Source: Mageeibacillus sp. UBA1046
GTDB lineage: Bacteria; Bacillota; Clostridia; Saccharofermentanales; DTU023
Assembly: GCA_002316595.1 (NCBI GenBank)
Contig: DCDV01000030.1
Span: 7,955-71,954, forward strand
Direction of reading: 5' to 3'
DNA length: 64,000 nt
Every line of letters begins with the position of its first letter. Within the stretch, counting starts at the first letter, position 1. Below the pieces are notes generated by a model that did no database searches, was not told where the DNA came from, and saw only the letters and a list, made by a program, of their open reading frames with translations. Below, piece after piece: positions 26,067 to 34,103 of the stretch. The position numbers and the translations under genes were made by a program.

Positions 26067-27767
26067 ATGCTGAAGAAAGTATTGATTGTCGGCGGAGTCG
26101 CAGGCGGCATGTCCGCAGCAGCCCGTATTCGCAGACTTGATGAACAAGCAGAGATAATCGTCTTTGAACGAGGCGAGCACGTGTCTTTCTCCAACTGCAG
26201 TTTGCCATATCATCTGAGCGGGGTAGTCGCCACCAGCGAAGAGCTGGTCTTGACAACTCCTGAATCATTAAAGTCTCACTACAATATCGATGCTCGTGTC
26301 CGGCACGAGGTCATAGATATTGACCGCGCCAAAAGTGAAGTTGAAGTAAAAAACCTCAACACTGGTGAAGTATACCGTGAAGCTTATGACAAGTTAGTTC
26401 TTTCTCCGGGTGCCAAAGTGCCTGTGCCGCCTATTAAGGGGCTTGATGAAGTATCTTGTTTTACTGTGCGTAACGTAACGGATGTAAGAAGGATTCAAGA
26501 ATGTCTTTCTGAAACCGAGGCTGTCAACGTTGTTGTTATTGGCGGAGGTTTCATTGGCATAGAGGCAGCGGAGAATCTGAAAATGGCCGGCTACGAGGTT
26601 TACCTGGTCGAGATGCTGCCGCAGGTTCTAATGACTTTTGACTTTGATATGGTACAAATTCTGCAAAAAGAATTGATTGACCAAGGCGTGAAGCTATATC
26701 TGAATCAAGCAGTTAACGCCCTTGAGGAAGGGCACGCCGTTCTCAGCTCCGGAGAGAAGCTGCCTTCTGATATTGTAATCATGGCAACAGGCGCAAAAGC
26801 GGATTCTGCTTTAGCAGAAAAGGCGGGGCTGGAATTAACGGAGAGAAAAGCTATTAAAGTGGATCAGAATTTCTTAACCTCAGACCCGGATATATATGCC
26901 ATAGGTGACGCTGTCGAAGTCTTTTATGCTTTGTCCAGACAAACAGCCCCTCTTCCTTTAGCCGGACCGGCACTTAAGCAAGCGCGTTTCGCAGCTGATC
27001 ATATGTACGGCAAATACACAATGAATACAGGTTATATAGGTTCCTCCTGCCTCAAAGTCTTCGATTACAACGGCGCCGTGACCGGCCTGACCGAAAATAT
27101 TATCAAGCGAAATAATCTTCAGGTACCCTATGACTATGTTTATGTGATTCCCTCAGATATTGTCAGCATTATGCCCGGGGCTGAAAATCAGTATTTGAAA
27201 GTTATCTTCGAAATTCCAACCGGAAAAATACTTGGCGCACAATGTATCGGCCGCGGTGATGTGGTGAAGCGCTGTGATGTTATCGCCGGCATGTTAAAGT
27301 TCGGCCCCACCCTGGAAGACCTGAAGGATCTCGAGCTATGCTACGCACCCCCATTTTCGATTGGCCGTGACTCAGTAAATTTCGCCGGCTATGTGGGACT
27401 CAATATCCTGCATGGTGTCATAAAGCAAGTGCATGTCTCAGAGGTCAGGGGACTTGTAGAGTCAGGAGCGTACTTTGTCGATTCCCGCAGCAAGGGAGAG
27501 TATGATTGCGGTCATATAAAAGGGGCAGTTAATATTCCTTTATATGAATTGAGACAGCGTATGGATGAAATCCCCCGGGATCAGCCTGTCTATCTCTACT
27601 GCCGCTCCTCAACACGCAGTTACAACGCTGTTTGCGCCCTTCAGAACAGTGGCTGGGACAATGTAATCCTCGTCTCCGGTTCCATGCTGGGAATATCTTG
27701 GTATGAATGGTTCGAAGATCAACGAACAGGCAGAGATCCGATCGTAACCGAGTATAATTTTAATTGA
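26067..27767 (+). CDS. cdr: CoA-disulfide reductase fused to a C-terminal rhodanese domain (CoADR-RHD / persulfide reductase type)
   Basis: From ORF 26058..27767. FAD motif VGGVAGG, redox Cys in SFSNCSLPYH, second dinucleotide fold IGGGFIG, rhodanese loop YCRSSTRS. ATG 26067 lies 8 nt after AAGGAG. Confidence 0.85.
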   Translation: MLKKVLIVGGVAGGMSAAARIRRLDEQAEIIVFERGEHVSFSNCSLPYHLSGVVATSEELVLTTPESLKSHYNIDARVRHEVIDIDRAKSEVEVKNLNTGEVYREAYDKLVLSPGAKVPVPPIKGLDEVSCFTVRNVTDVRRIQECLSETEAVNVVVIGGGFIGIEAAENLKMAGYEVYLVEMLPQVLMTFDFDMVQILQKELIDQGVKLYLNQAVNALEEGHAVLSSGEKLPSDIVIMATGAKADSALAEKAGLELTERKAIKVDQNFLTSDPDIYAIGDAVEVFYALSRQTAPLPLAGPALKQARFAADHMYGKYTMNTGYIGSSCLKVFDYNGAVTGLTENIIKRNNLQVPYDYVYVIPSDIVSIMPGAENQYLKVIFEIPTGKILGAQCIGRGDVVKRCDVIAGMLKFGPTLEDLKDLELCYAPPFSIGRDSVNFAGYVGLNILHGVIKQVHVSEVRGLVESGAYFVDSRSKGEYDCGHIKGAVNIPLYELRQRMDEIPRDQPVYLYCRSSTRSYNAVCALQNSGWDNVILVSGSMLGISWYEWFEDQRTGRDPIVTEYNFN

Positions 27768-27813
27768 AGACTGAAGTGGCTATTTCTAAGCAAGAGGATT
27801 TAGGGAGAGAATC

Positions 27814-28368
27814 ATGAATGATACTATGAGATCTATTTTGGAGCGCAGCAGTACGCGGTCTTATACACATGAGGCAGTTTCTTCTGAGATGATCGAGGAT
27901 CTGAAAAAGGCGGCTTTAGCAGCACCGACAGCTACAAACAAGCAAGAAAACCGCTTTGTATTTGTCACTGATAAAGATTTACTTGCCAAGATTAATACAA
28001 AAGTATATGAAGCTATGGCGGCTGAAAGTGACAGTAACGGGCTGGCTCGTTTGAAGCAGCGCAAAGCCGAAGATATTTTCTATGGCGCCCCTTTAGTGAT
28101 ATTCATATATTCACAGGATTCCCGCTACGCCATTATGGATGCCGGGATTGCAGTGCAGAATCTGGCTCTGGCCGCACATTCACTTGGCCTGGGCTCATGC
28201 ATTAACGGCATGTGCAGACGCGCCTTTCGCAGTAATGATGAAGGAAATCTTCGTTCTGAACTGGGTTTTGCAGAAGGCGAATATTTTCGGGTCGCTATCG
28301 GCATAGGCCACATCGCAAGGGGTAAGAAACCGCACCGGTTTAATTATGCGCATATCAGAGAAATATAG
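27814..28368 (+). CDS. Nitroreductase family protein
   Basis: 184 aa. RSSTRSY N-terminal motif, and size and pattern typical of NfnB/NfsA-like FMN reductases. Confidence 0.8.
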   Translation: MNDTMRSILERSSTRSYTHEAVSSEMIEDLKKAALAAPTATNKQENRFVFVTDKDLLAKINTKVYEAMAAESDSNGLARLKQRKAEDIFYGAPLVIFIYSQDSRYAIMDAGIAVQNLALAAHSLGLGSCINGMCRRAFRSNDEGNLRSELGFAEGEYFRVAIGIGHIARGKKPHRFNYAHIREI

Positions 28369-28401
28369 TTCTAAAAAAATCGCTGCAAGCAAGGAGCTTA
28401 T

Positions 28402-28857
28402 ATGAGCTGGGACAAAATGGAAGATTTCCTGGAAATGACCGCCTTCGTGCGCAGCCGAATCAACAAAGCGCCAAAATTCGGAATTATTCTGGGCACCTCT
28501 CTGGGTGGTCTGGCCGATGAAATCAAAAACCCCATTAGCATTCCTTATGATGAAATACCGGGCTTCCCTCAATCTACTGCACCTTCACACGCCGGCTTGA
28601 TGATCAGCGGCGAGCTGGCCGGCAGAGATGTCTTATGCATGTCAGGGCGTTTTCATTATTATGAAGGCTATTCCTTCTCGGATTTGGCCAAACCGATTAG
28701 ACTGTTCAAGCTGTTGGGAGTGGATACTGTGATCATCACCAATATGGCCTCGGGGATTCTGCCTGAGGATGCGCCGCTTTCCCAGGTGGAAGAAATCGGA
28801 TCCTCATCTGTCGAAAGGCTGACAAAGCTGGTTACAGCAGTATTAAGCGAGCTCTGA
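28402..28857 (+). CDS. Purine nucleoside phosphorylase (PNP/MTAP family) with in-frame internal deletion; probably non-functional remnant
   Basis: 151 aa versus about 270 aa for PunA-type PNPs. The N-terminal about 115 aa align by eye with PNP (FGIILGTSLGGLADEI, HAG, GRFHYYEGY, VIITN). They join directly to a PNP C-terminal segment (ASGILPEDAPLSQVEE...LVTAVL). Confidence 0.6.
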   Translation: MSWDKMEDFLEMTAFVRSRINKAPKFGIILGTSLGGLADEIKNPISIPYDEIPGFPQSTAPSHAGLMISGELAGRDVLCMSGRFHYYEGYSFSDLAKPIRLFKLLGVDTVIITNMASGILPEDAPLSQVEEIGSSSVERLTKLVTAVLSEL

Positions 28858-28858
28858 T

Positions 28859-29923
28859 ATGCAGGAAAACACTAAACGTTATGACGATGGCATGGCTTTT
28901 TTACTGCGCTATGAGAATGTCGCCTGGTTTGAGGACGGCAAGGTAAGAATCCTTGATCGCCGCATTTACCCTCAAGTAAAATTCGTCACCTGCCATACCC
29001 ATCTGGAAGTTGCCCGGGCTATCGCTGATATGGTAACGCAAAGCGCAGGCCCATACACTGCCGCCGCCATGGGAATGGCACTGGCTGCCTGGGAATGCCG
29101 TCACTGTAAAACTGACGCAAGGCTGGAATTTCTTCGGCAGGCGGCTGAGGCTCTGGCAACAGCAAGGCCTACAACTGCACCACGAATGCGCAAGATTGTG
29201 AATGGCAGCCTGGCTGCAGCAAAAAAATCTGCAGCTGAAGGCTCTGACATGCCCGCAGCTCTTTTTGATCACGCTCTGGCAAATATTCAGCACCGTTATG
29301 CCGTCATGAGCCGGGTAGCCAGACATCTGGTCGATCTCTTTCCTCCCAAGGCGAGGATTTTGACTCAGTGTTTTGGCGAAACTATTGTCGGGACCATGCT
29401 CAGAGAAGCCGGAAACAGGGGAGTCGAACTGCAGCTGTTTGTTCCTGAGACCAGACCTTATCTGCAGGGGGCGCGTCTGACTGCCAGCGTCGCTCAGGAT
29501 ATGGGCTTCCCCGTCACTGTAATTACAGACAATATGGTCGCAGCGACTATAAAAAACAAAAAAATTGACCTGTTCACTTCTGCCGCGGATACAATCTGCC
29601 GGGATGGTCAAATTATAAATAAAGTAGGAACCTGGCAGATTGCCATCCTCTGTGATTATTTTGACATCCCCTATTATGTGACAGGTATTCCTGACAGTAG
29701 CACAGAAACCGCGGCTGACATCTTGATCGAAGAAAGAGATGTGGCTGAAGTTTTGCAATGCGGCGGCAAGAGAACTGCCATGAATGGAGTCAAAGCATAT
29801 TATCCGGCTTTCGATATCACTCCTTCTGAACTGGTTACCGGAATTGTCACAAATAATGGCATCTACTCGCCGGATCAGCTTGACGAATATTTCTCTTCTC
29901 CCTCAATCGGATTTTATGATTAG
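28859..29923 (+). CDS. mtnA: Methylthioribose-1-phosphate isomerase-like protein (eIF-2B alpha/beta/delta family), divergent
   Basis: 354 aa. ETRPYLQGARLTA, ITDNM, INKVGTWQIAI, IPYYV and PAFDITPSELVTGIVT motifs. The Cys (TQCFGE) and Asp (AADTICRDG) positions are retained. The start lies 1 nt after the upstream stop. Confidence 0.75.
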   Translation: MQENTKRYDDGMAFLLRYENVAWFEDGKVRILDRRIYPQVKFVTCHTHLEVARAIADMVTQSAGPYTAAAMGMALAAWECRHCKTDARLEFLRQAAEALATARPTTAPRMRKIVNGSLAAAKKSAAEGSDMPAALFDHALANIQHRYAVMSRVARHLVDLFPPKARILTQCFGETIVGTMLREAGNRGVELQLFVPETRPYLQGARLTASVAQDMGFPVTVITDNMVAATIKNKKIDLFTSAADTICRDGQIINKVGTWQIAILCDYFDIPYYVTGIPDSSTETAADILIEERDVAEVLQCGGKRTAMNGVKAYYPAFDITPSELVTGIVTNNGIYSPDQLDEYFSSPSIGFYD

Positions 29924-29948
29924 GCTCTGAGTCAGAGTCCCTCAAAAA

Positions 29949-29973
29949 TAAAGCTTAGCCGAGGCTAAGCTTT
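29949..29973. terminator. Bidirectional terminator hairpin between convergent genes
   Basis: AAAGCTTAGCC-GA-GGCTAAGCTTT, with A-rich sequence upstream and T-rich sequence downstream. Confidence 0.6.
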
Positions 29974-30087
29974 ATCTGATGCCTTGATATTAACTTAATT
30001 GATACCGATCCTTGGTCTAAAAGTATTTAACTTTGGCTGTCTAAAGGTATTTTTTTACTTTACAGTCTGTTCGTGCTTGCAAGAAGT

Positions 30088-31281
30088 CTATTGTTCTTCA
30101 GATAATAAAGTCTTGCTGCCTTCCAGACTTCTCAGTTTAGAAATCTCTTCAGTAACTTCAACGGTTCCCAGATAAGTTCCCTTTGCATCTCGAACAGCAT
30201 AAAAGCGAATCAGGATAAACTGACCATCTTTCTGAATCCAGAAAGTCTCCTCATCCTTTTTCCCCGACTTAAAGTCTTTCACAATAGAGTCAACTCGATG
30301 CAGACTCTTGGGTGGATGACAGTCTTCAACCTTGCGCCCGATAATAGTCCTGGTGCGGGGGAAGACACGATGTTTGCCTTCACTGAAGTACTGCACCTTA
30401 TCATCAGCGTTCACATAAGTTATATCGTAAGGAATTGAGTTAAGCAGTGCTTCCAGATCATGAGCGTTGAAATAGCCGCTGGGCAGTTCCACATCGCTGC
30501 CACCGGCACGCTTATCTTGCGTCTGCTCTTCACCTCTGAGCCAGGTGGCGACATCTGACGGGCTGGCACCTTCAATATCAGCGGCAAAAGCGTAGCCGAA
30601 TTGCCAGCTTTCCTCGGCCACTACTTTCCAGTCATCTTCCGTAATGTTGTCAAGCAGAAGCGGTTTGAGAATTTCATTTTCTTTTTGAATCATGCCGCGG
30701 ACTTCAAATTCCATTTTGGAAAAAAGATCCTCGTCCCTTTCTCCCGCTTCAGCTTTAGCAAGAGAGGCTTTAATCAGATCGCGGATTTCATCGTCTTTGC
30801 CCCACATAACCTTAGGCGGAGCAGTGATGGTGTTCCTCTCCAGATAAGGGAACATCAGATGTTCTTTGCGGCCATAATGTTTGTCAATTTTTAACAGCTC
30901 TTTGAGCGCACGCACATAGGCAATATTATCTTGAGCAGCCAGAAACTTTTCCTTTGCCTCAGCATATTCTCCGTCCAGAAAATTCTCCAGGCCATCGTTT
31001 TCCAGATAAAATACTGTTAAGGGATGTCCCATCTCCGGATCGACAGAGATTACATTGACATTGCCTTCTACGACTGAAGCGTGCACATTACATAGATTTT
31101 GAATCTCTTCGACAGGCATGCCTGTCTTGATCAGTGCCGCTTCTGCGGCGGCAATCTCTCTGGCATCCACACCCTCGAAGGTCGTCTGAAATTCTTCCTT
31201 AACGTCCTCAACAGCAGCGCCCTCATTTAGTTTCTGCAAAATGTTCTTCAATACCTCAACCTGATTCTTTTTCTCTGCCAT
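30088..31281 (-). CDS. DUF438-family protein (DUF1858-like N-terminus, hemerythrin-like middle, C-terminal PAS-like domain)
   Basis: 397 aa. The C-terminal CHPPKS...FWIQKDGQFILIRFYAVRDAKGTYLGTVEVTEEIS pattern is recalled as typical of DUF438. The middle has KEHLMFPYLE and a hemerythrin-like segment. Confidence 0.65.
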   Translation of the reverse strand: MAEKKNQVEVLKNILQKLNEGAAVEDVKEEFQTTFEGVDAREIAAAEAALIKTGMPVEEIQNLCNVHASVVEGNVNVISVDPEMGHPLTVFYLENDGLENFLDGEYAEAKEKFLAAQDNIAYVRALKELLKIDKHYGRKEHLMFPYLERNTITAPPKVMWGKDDEIRDLIKASLAKAEAGERDEDLFSKMEFEVRGMIQKENEILKPLLLDNITEDDWKVVAEESWQFGYAFAADIEGASPSDVATWLRGEEQTQDKRAGGSDVELPSGYFNAHDLEALLNSIPYDITYVNADDKVQYFSEGKHRVFPRTRTIIGRKVEDCHPPKSLHRVDSIVKDFKSGKKDEETFWIQKDGQFILIRFYAVRDAKGTYLGTVEVTEEISKLRSLEGSKTLLSEEQ

Positions 31282-31459
31282 AAATAATCTCCAGTTCCCT
31301 TATTTTATTTATTAAATATCGCGGCTGGCCGCAAATAATTCCTCACAGATATTTCCTGATAATATGTGTTATGCAAATGCATTATATAGAAATACCAGCT
31401 CCAAAAAAGATACCAGTGTTCCACAAATTTTAATCGGCGATCCGTACACTGTACAAGTA

Positions 31460-31495
31460 TTGAACATACGGCAGCAGATGCTATAATTATTGTGA
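31460..31495 (+). promoter_or_regulatory. feoAB promoter (TTGAAC-16-TATAAT) overlapped by a Fur-box-like 7-1-7 site
   Basis: -35 at 31460..31465 and -10 at 31482..31487. CTATAATTATTGTGA (31481..31495) matches 11 of 14 positions of TGATAATnATTATCA. Confidence 0.4.
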
Positions 31496-31528
31496 AAGTT
31501 ATCCGTAGCTAACTCAGCAGGAGGAACT

Positions 31529-31864
31529 ATGACACTCGAAGAATTACTGCCCGGGCAGCAAGCCAATATCATCAATGTCGGCGGCGAAGGCGCTCTGCGT
31601 CGTCGTTTGCTTGATATGGGTCTGACACCGGGAACGAGTCTGGAGATGGGGAAACCCGCTCCCAGCGGAGACCCGCTGTGCATAAGGATCCGTTCATATG
31701 TATTAAGTCTGCGCAAGGCTGATGCTGCCTTTGTAGAGATAGACAGCGTAACTGCAGCAGCCAGTCCTTGCGGCAATTGTTACGGATGCAGCCGCAATCC
31801 CCGGCAGGAGCAAGGCTGTAAAAGCAGACGCGGCAGACGCGCACGAAGAAGAGGTGCCCTTTGA
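31529..31864 (+). CDS. feoA: FeoA with Cys/Arg-rich C-terminal extension
   Basis: 111 aa. FeoA SH3-like core (LPGQQANIINVGGEGALRRRLLDMGLTPG). The extra tail is SPCGNCYGCSRNPRQEQGCKSRRGRRARRRGAL. AGGAGG SD. Confidence 0.8.
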   Translation: MTLEELLPGQQANIINVGGEGALRRRLLDMGLTPGTSLEMGKPAPSGDPLCIRIRSYVLSLRKADAAFVEIDSVTAAASPCGNCYGCSRNPRQEQGCKSRRGRRARRRGAL

Positions 31865-33948
31865 TAATTGCGCTGATCGGTAATCAGAACAGTGGAAAAA
31901 CCACTGTCTTTAATCAAATGACCGGCAGAAATCAGAAGGTCGGCAACTTCCCCGGAGTTACCGTCAGCAAGAAGGACGCCCCTTTGCGAGGTCATCCTGA
32001 GTTTACCGTTGTAGATCTTCCGGGTATTTATTCTCTTTCACCATACTCCGCTGAAGAAGTAGTCACGCGTGACTTCCTGATAGATGAAAAACCGGATGTT
32101 ATTTTAAGTGTTATAGACACTACTCAAATAGAGCGCTCACTTTATCTATGTATTCAATTAATTGAAATGAATATTCCTATGGTGATAGCTCTCAATATGA
32201 TGGATGAGATGCGTCTGCAGGGCAGTCACGTCCACATCGAAGAACTCACCGAGCGCCTGGGAGTGCCGCTGGTCCCAATCAGCGCCTCCAAGAACGAGGG
32301 CATCAGTGAGCTGATTGACGAAACTGTACGAGTTGCTAAAGCAGGACAGAAACCGGCTAAGCTGGATCTTTGTTCAGGACCTGCACATCGTGCAATCCAC
32401 GCCATTATGTCCCTGACAGAGGAACGTGCTTCAGCCGCCGGATTATCGTCGCGTTACGCTGCCACTAAACTGGCTGAAAGAGATCCTTTAATTCAGGAAC
32501 GTCTGAATTTAAACCTTAATGAGCTTGAGGCCATCGAACAGATAATTGTCTTGATGGAAGAAGAACTGCTGACTGACAATTTAGCTGCTCTTGCTAACAT
32601 GCGTTATTGCTTTATTGATGAAGTGGTCTCAGCGGGAATTCACAAGGGATCAGGTGAGAACCTTCTGACTCAGCGTCTTGACCGCGTCTTAACTAACCGT
32701 TTCGCTGCGATTCCTATATTTATTCTCTTAATGGCTCTGGTCTTCTGGGTGGCTTTTGGCTTGCCCGGCAGCTGGCTTGCTGATCAGCTGACCAGCGGCA
32801 TGGGCTGGCTAACCGGGCGAATTGACAGCAGCTTGACTGCGGCCGGATTAAATATTGTTCTTCACTCTCTGATTGTGGACGGAGTTCTGGCAGGAGTTGG
32901 TTCGGTACTATCTTTCCTCCCCTTGATAGCGCTGCTATACTTGATGCTCAGCATCCTTGAAGATAGCGGTTACATGGCCAGAGTCGCTTTTGTCATGGAC
33001 AGCTGGATGCGTCGGCTGGGCATCTCCGGAGCGGCCATCGTTCCCTTAATAATGGGCTTTGGCTGTTCAGTGCCTGCAATTATGGCTACCCGGACTCTTC
33101 CCAGCAAGCGAGACCGTCGCTTAACAAATTACATGATCCCGTTCATGTCTTGTTCTGCCAAGGTGCCGATCTACGGTGCGATAGCTGCTGTCTTTTTTCC
33201 TGATCATGCAGGACTGGTTATTGCTCTGCTTTATCTGCTGGGGATTTATCTGGCCGTTCTGCTGGGACTTGGCCTGCGTCAACGTCCTGACTCCAGTAAA
33301 GCAGCCCCTTTTATCATGGAGCTGCCGACCTATCGTTTCCCCTCTTTCCTCTCTGTCAGCCGAAATCTATGGCAAAAAATCAGAGATTTTCTCCGCCGGG
33401 CATTCACAATAATTCTGGCTGTAACCGTAATAATCTGGTTCTTGAGCCATTTTAACCGGAATTTGAATTTCGTCTCTTCCTCAGACGACAGCCTGCTTGC
33501 CTGGTTGGGGTCAGCCATAGCTCCTGTATTCAACCCGTTGGGGCTGAACGATTGGCGAATTCCTGCTGCTTTGATTTCCGGTTTCACAGCCAAGGAAGCC
33601 GTCATCTCTACTTTGGCTGTAATGAGCGGGGCGACCGTAGAAACACTGGGGCCAACTCTGGCTGCCCTGTTTACAACACCATCGGCAATTGCCTTTCTGG
33701 TGTATGTCCTGATCTATACTCCCTGTGCAGCGGCAGTCACAGCAGCAAGAAATGAATTCGGCAACTGGCGGGATACCTGGATAATGATTATTTTCCAGTT
33801 ATTGGCCGCCTGGGCAGTTGCATTCATTGCCTACGGACTAGCCTTACTGTGGGGAATATCCTCAGCTGCGACAATCAGCATAATCGCCGCTATGCTGCTT
33901 CTGCCATTAGTGTTGAACTATCGCGCTCAACGCATACAGCCGGTTTAG
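31861..33948 (+). CDS. feoB: Ferrous iron transporter FeoB
   Basis: 695 aa. G-domain GNQNSGKTT and DLPG motifs, plus the polytopic Gate/nucleoside-recognition membrane domain. The TTG start overlaps the feoA TGA (TTGA), with AAGAGGTG upstream. Confidence 0.95.
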   Translation: MIIALIGNQNSGKTTVFNQMTGRNQKVGNFPGVTVSKKDAPLRGHPEFTVVDLPGIYSLSPYSAEEVVTRDFLIDEKPDVILSVIDTTQIERSLYLCIQLIEMNIPMVIALNMMDEMRLQGSHVHIEELTERLGVPLVPISASKNEGISELIDETVRVAKAGQKPAKLDLCSGPAHRAIHAIMSLTEERASAAGLSSRYAATKLAERDPLIQERLNLNLNELEAIEQIIVLMEEELLTDNLAALANMRYCFIDEVVSAGIHKGSGENLLTQRLDRVLTNRFAAIPIFILLMALVFWVAFGLPGSWLADQLTSGMGWLTGRIDSSLTAAGLNIVLHSLIVDGVLAGVGSVLSFLPLIALLYLMLSILEDSGYMARVAFVMDSWMRRLGISGAAIVPLIMGFGCSVPAIMATRTLPSKRDRRLTNYMIPFMSCSAKVPIYGAIAAVFFPDHAGLVIALLYLLGIYLAVLLGLGLRQRPDSSKAAPFIMELPTYRFPSFLSVSRNLWQKIRDFLRRAFTIILAVTVIIWFLSHFNRNLNFVSSSDDSLLAWLGSAIAPVFNPLGLNDWRIPAALISGFTAKEAVISTLAVMSGATVETLGPTLAALFTTPSAIAFLVYVLIYTPCAAAVTAARNEFGNWRDTWIMIIFQLLAAWAVAFIAYGLALLWGISSAATISIIAAMLLLPLVLNYRAQRIQPV

Positions 33949-34103
33949 TCTGGCGCTCAAAAGAATACAGACGGTTTACACAGAGAGTTAACAAATCGAT
34001 TCGAAGACGCCTCGTGCCAAACGCATACAGCCGGTTTACAAAGTCAAAGGATTAATTGGGGGCAGCCGATGCTCACGCTCAACGCATACAGCCGGTTTAG
34101 TCT
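33924..34103. repeat. Four copies of a 25-30 bp motif (CAACGCATACAGCCGGTTTA); outer two are an exact 28-nt direct repeat
   Basis: CGCTCAACGCATACAGCCGGTTTAGTCT occurs at 33924..33951 (the last feoB codons plus stop) and at 34076..34103 (abutting the stop of the convergent gene). Degenerate copies lie near 33952 and 34013. Confidence 0.9.
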
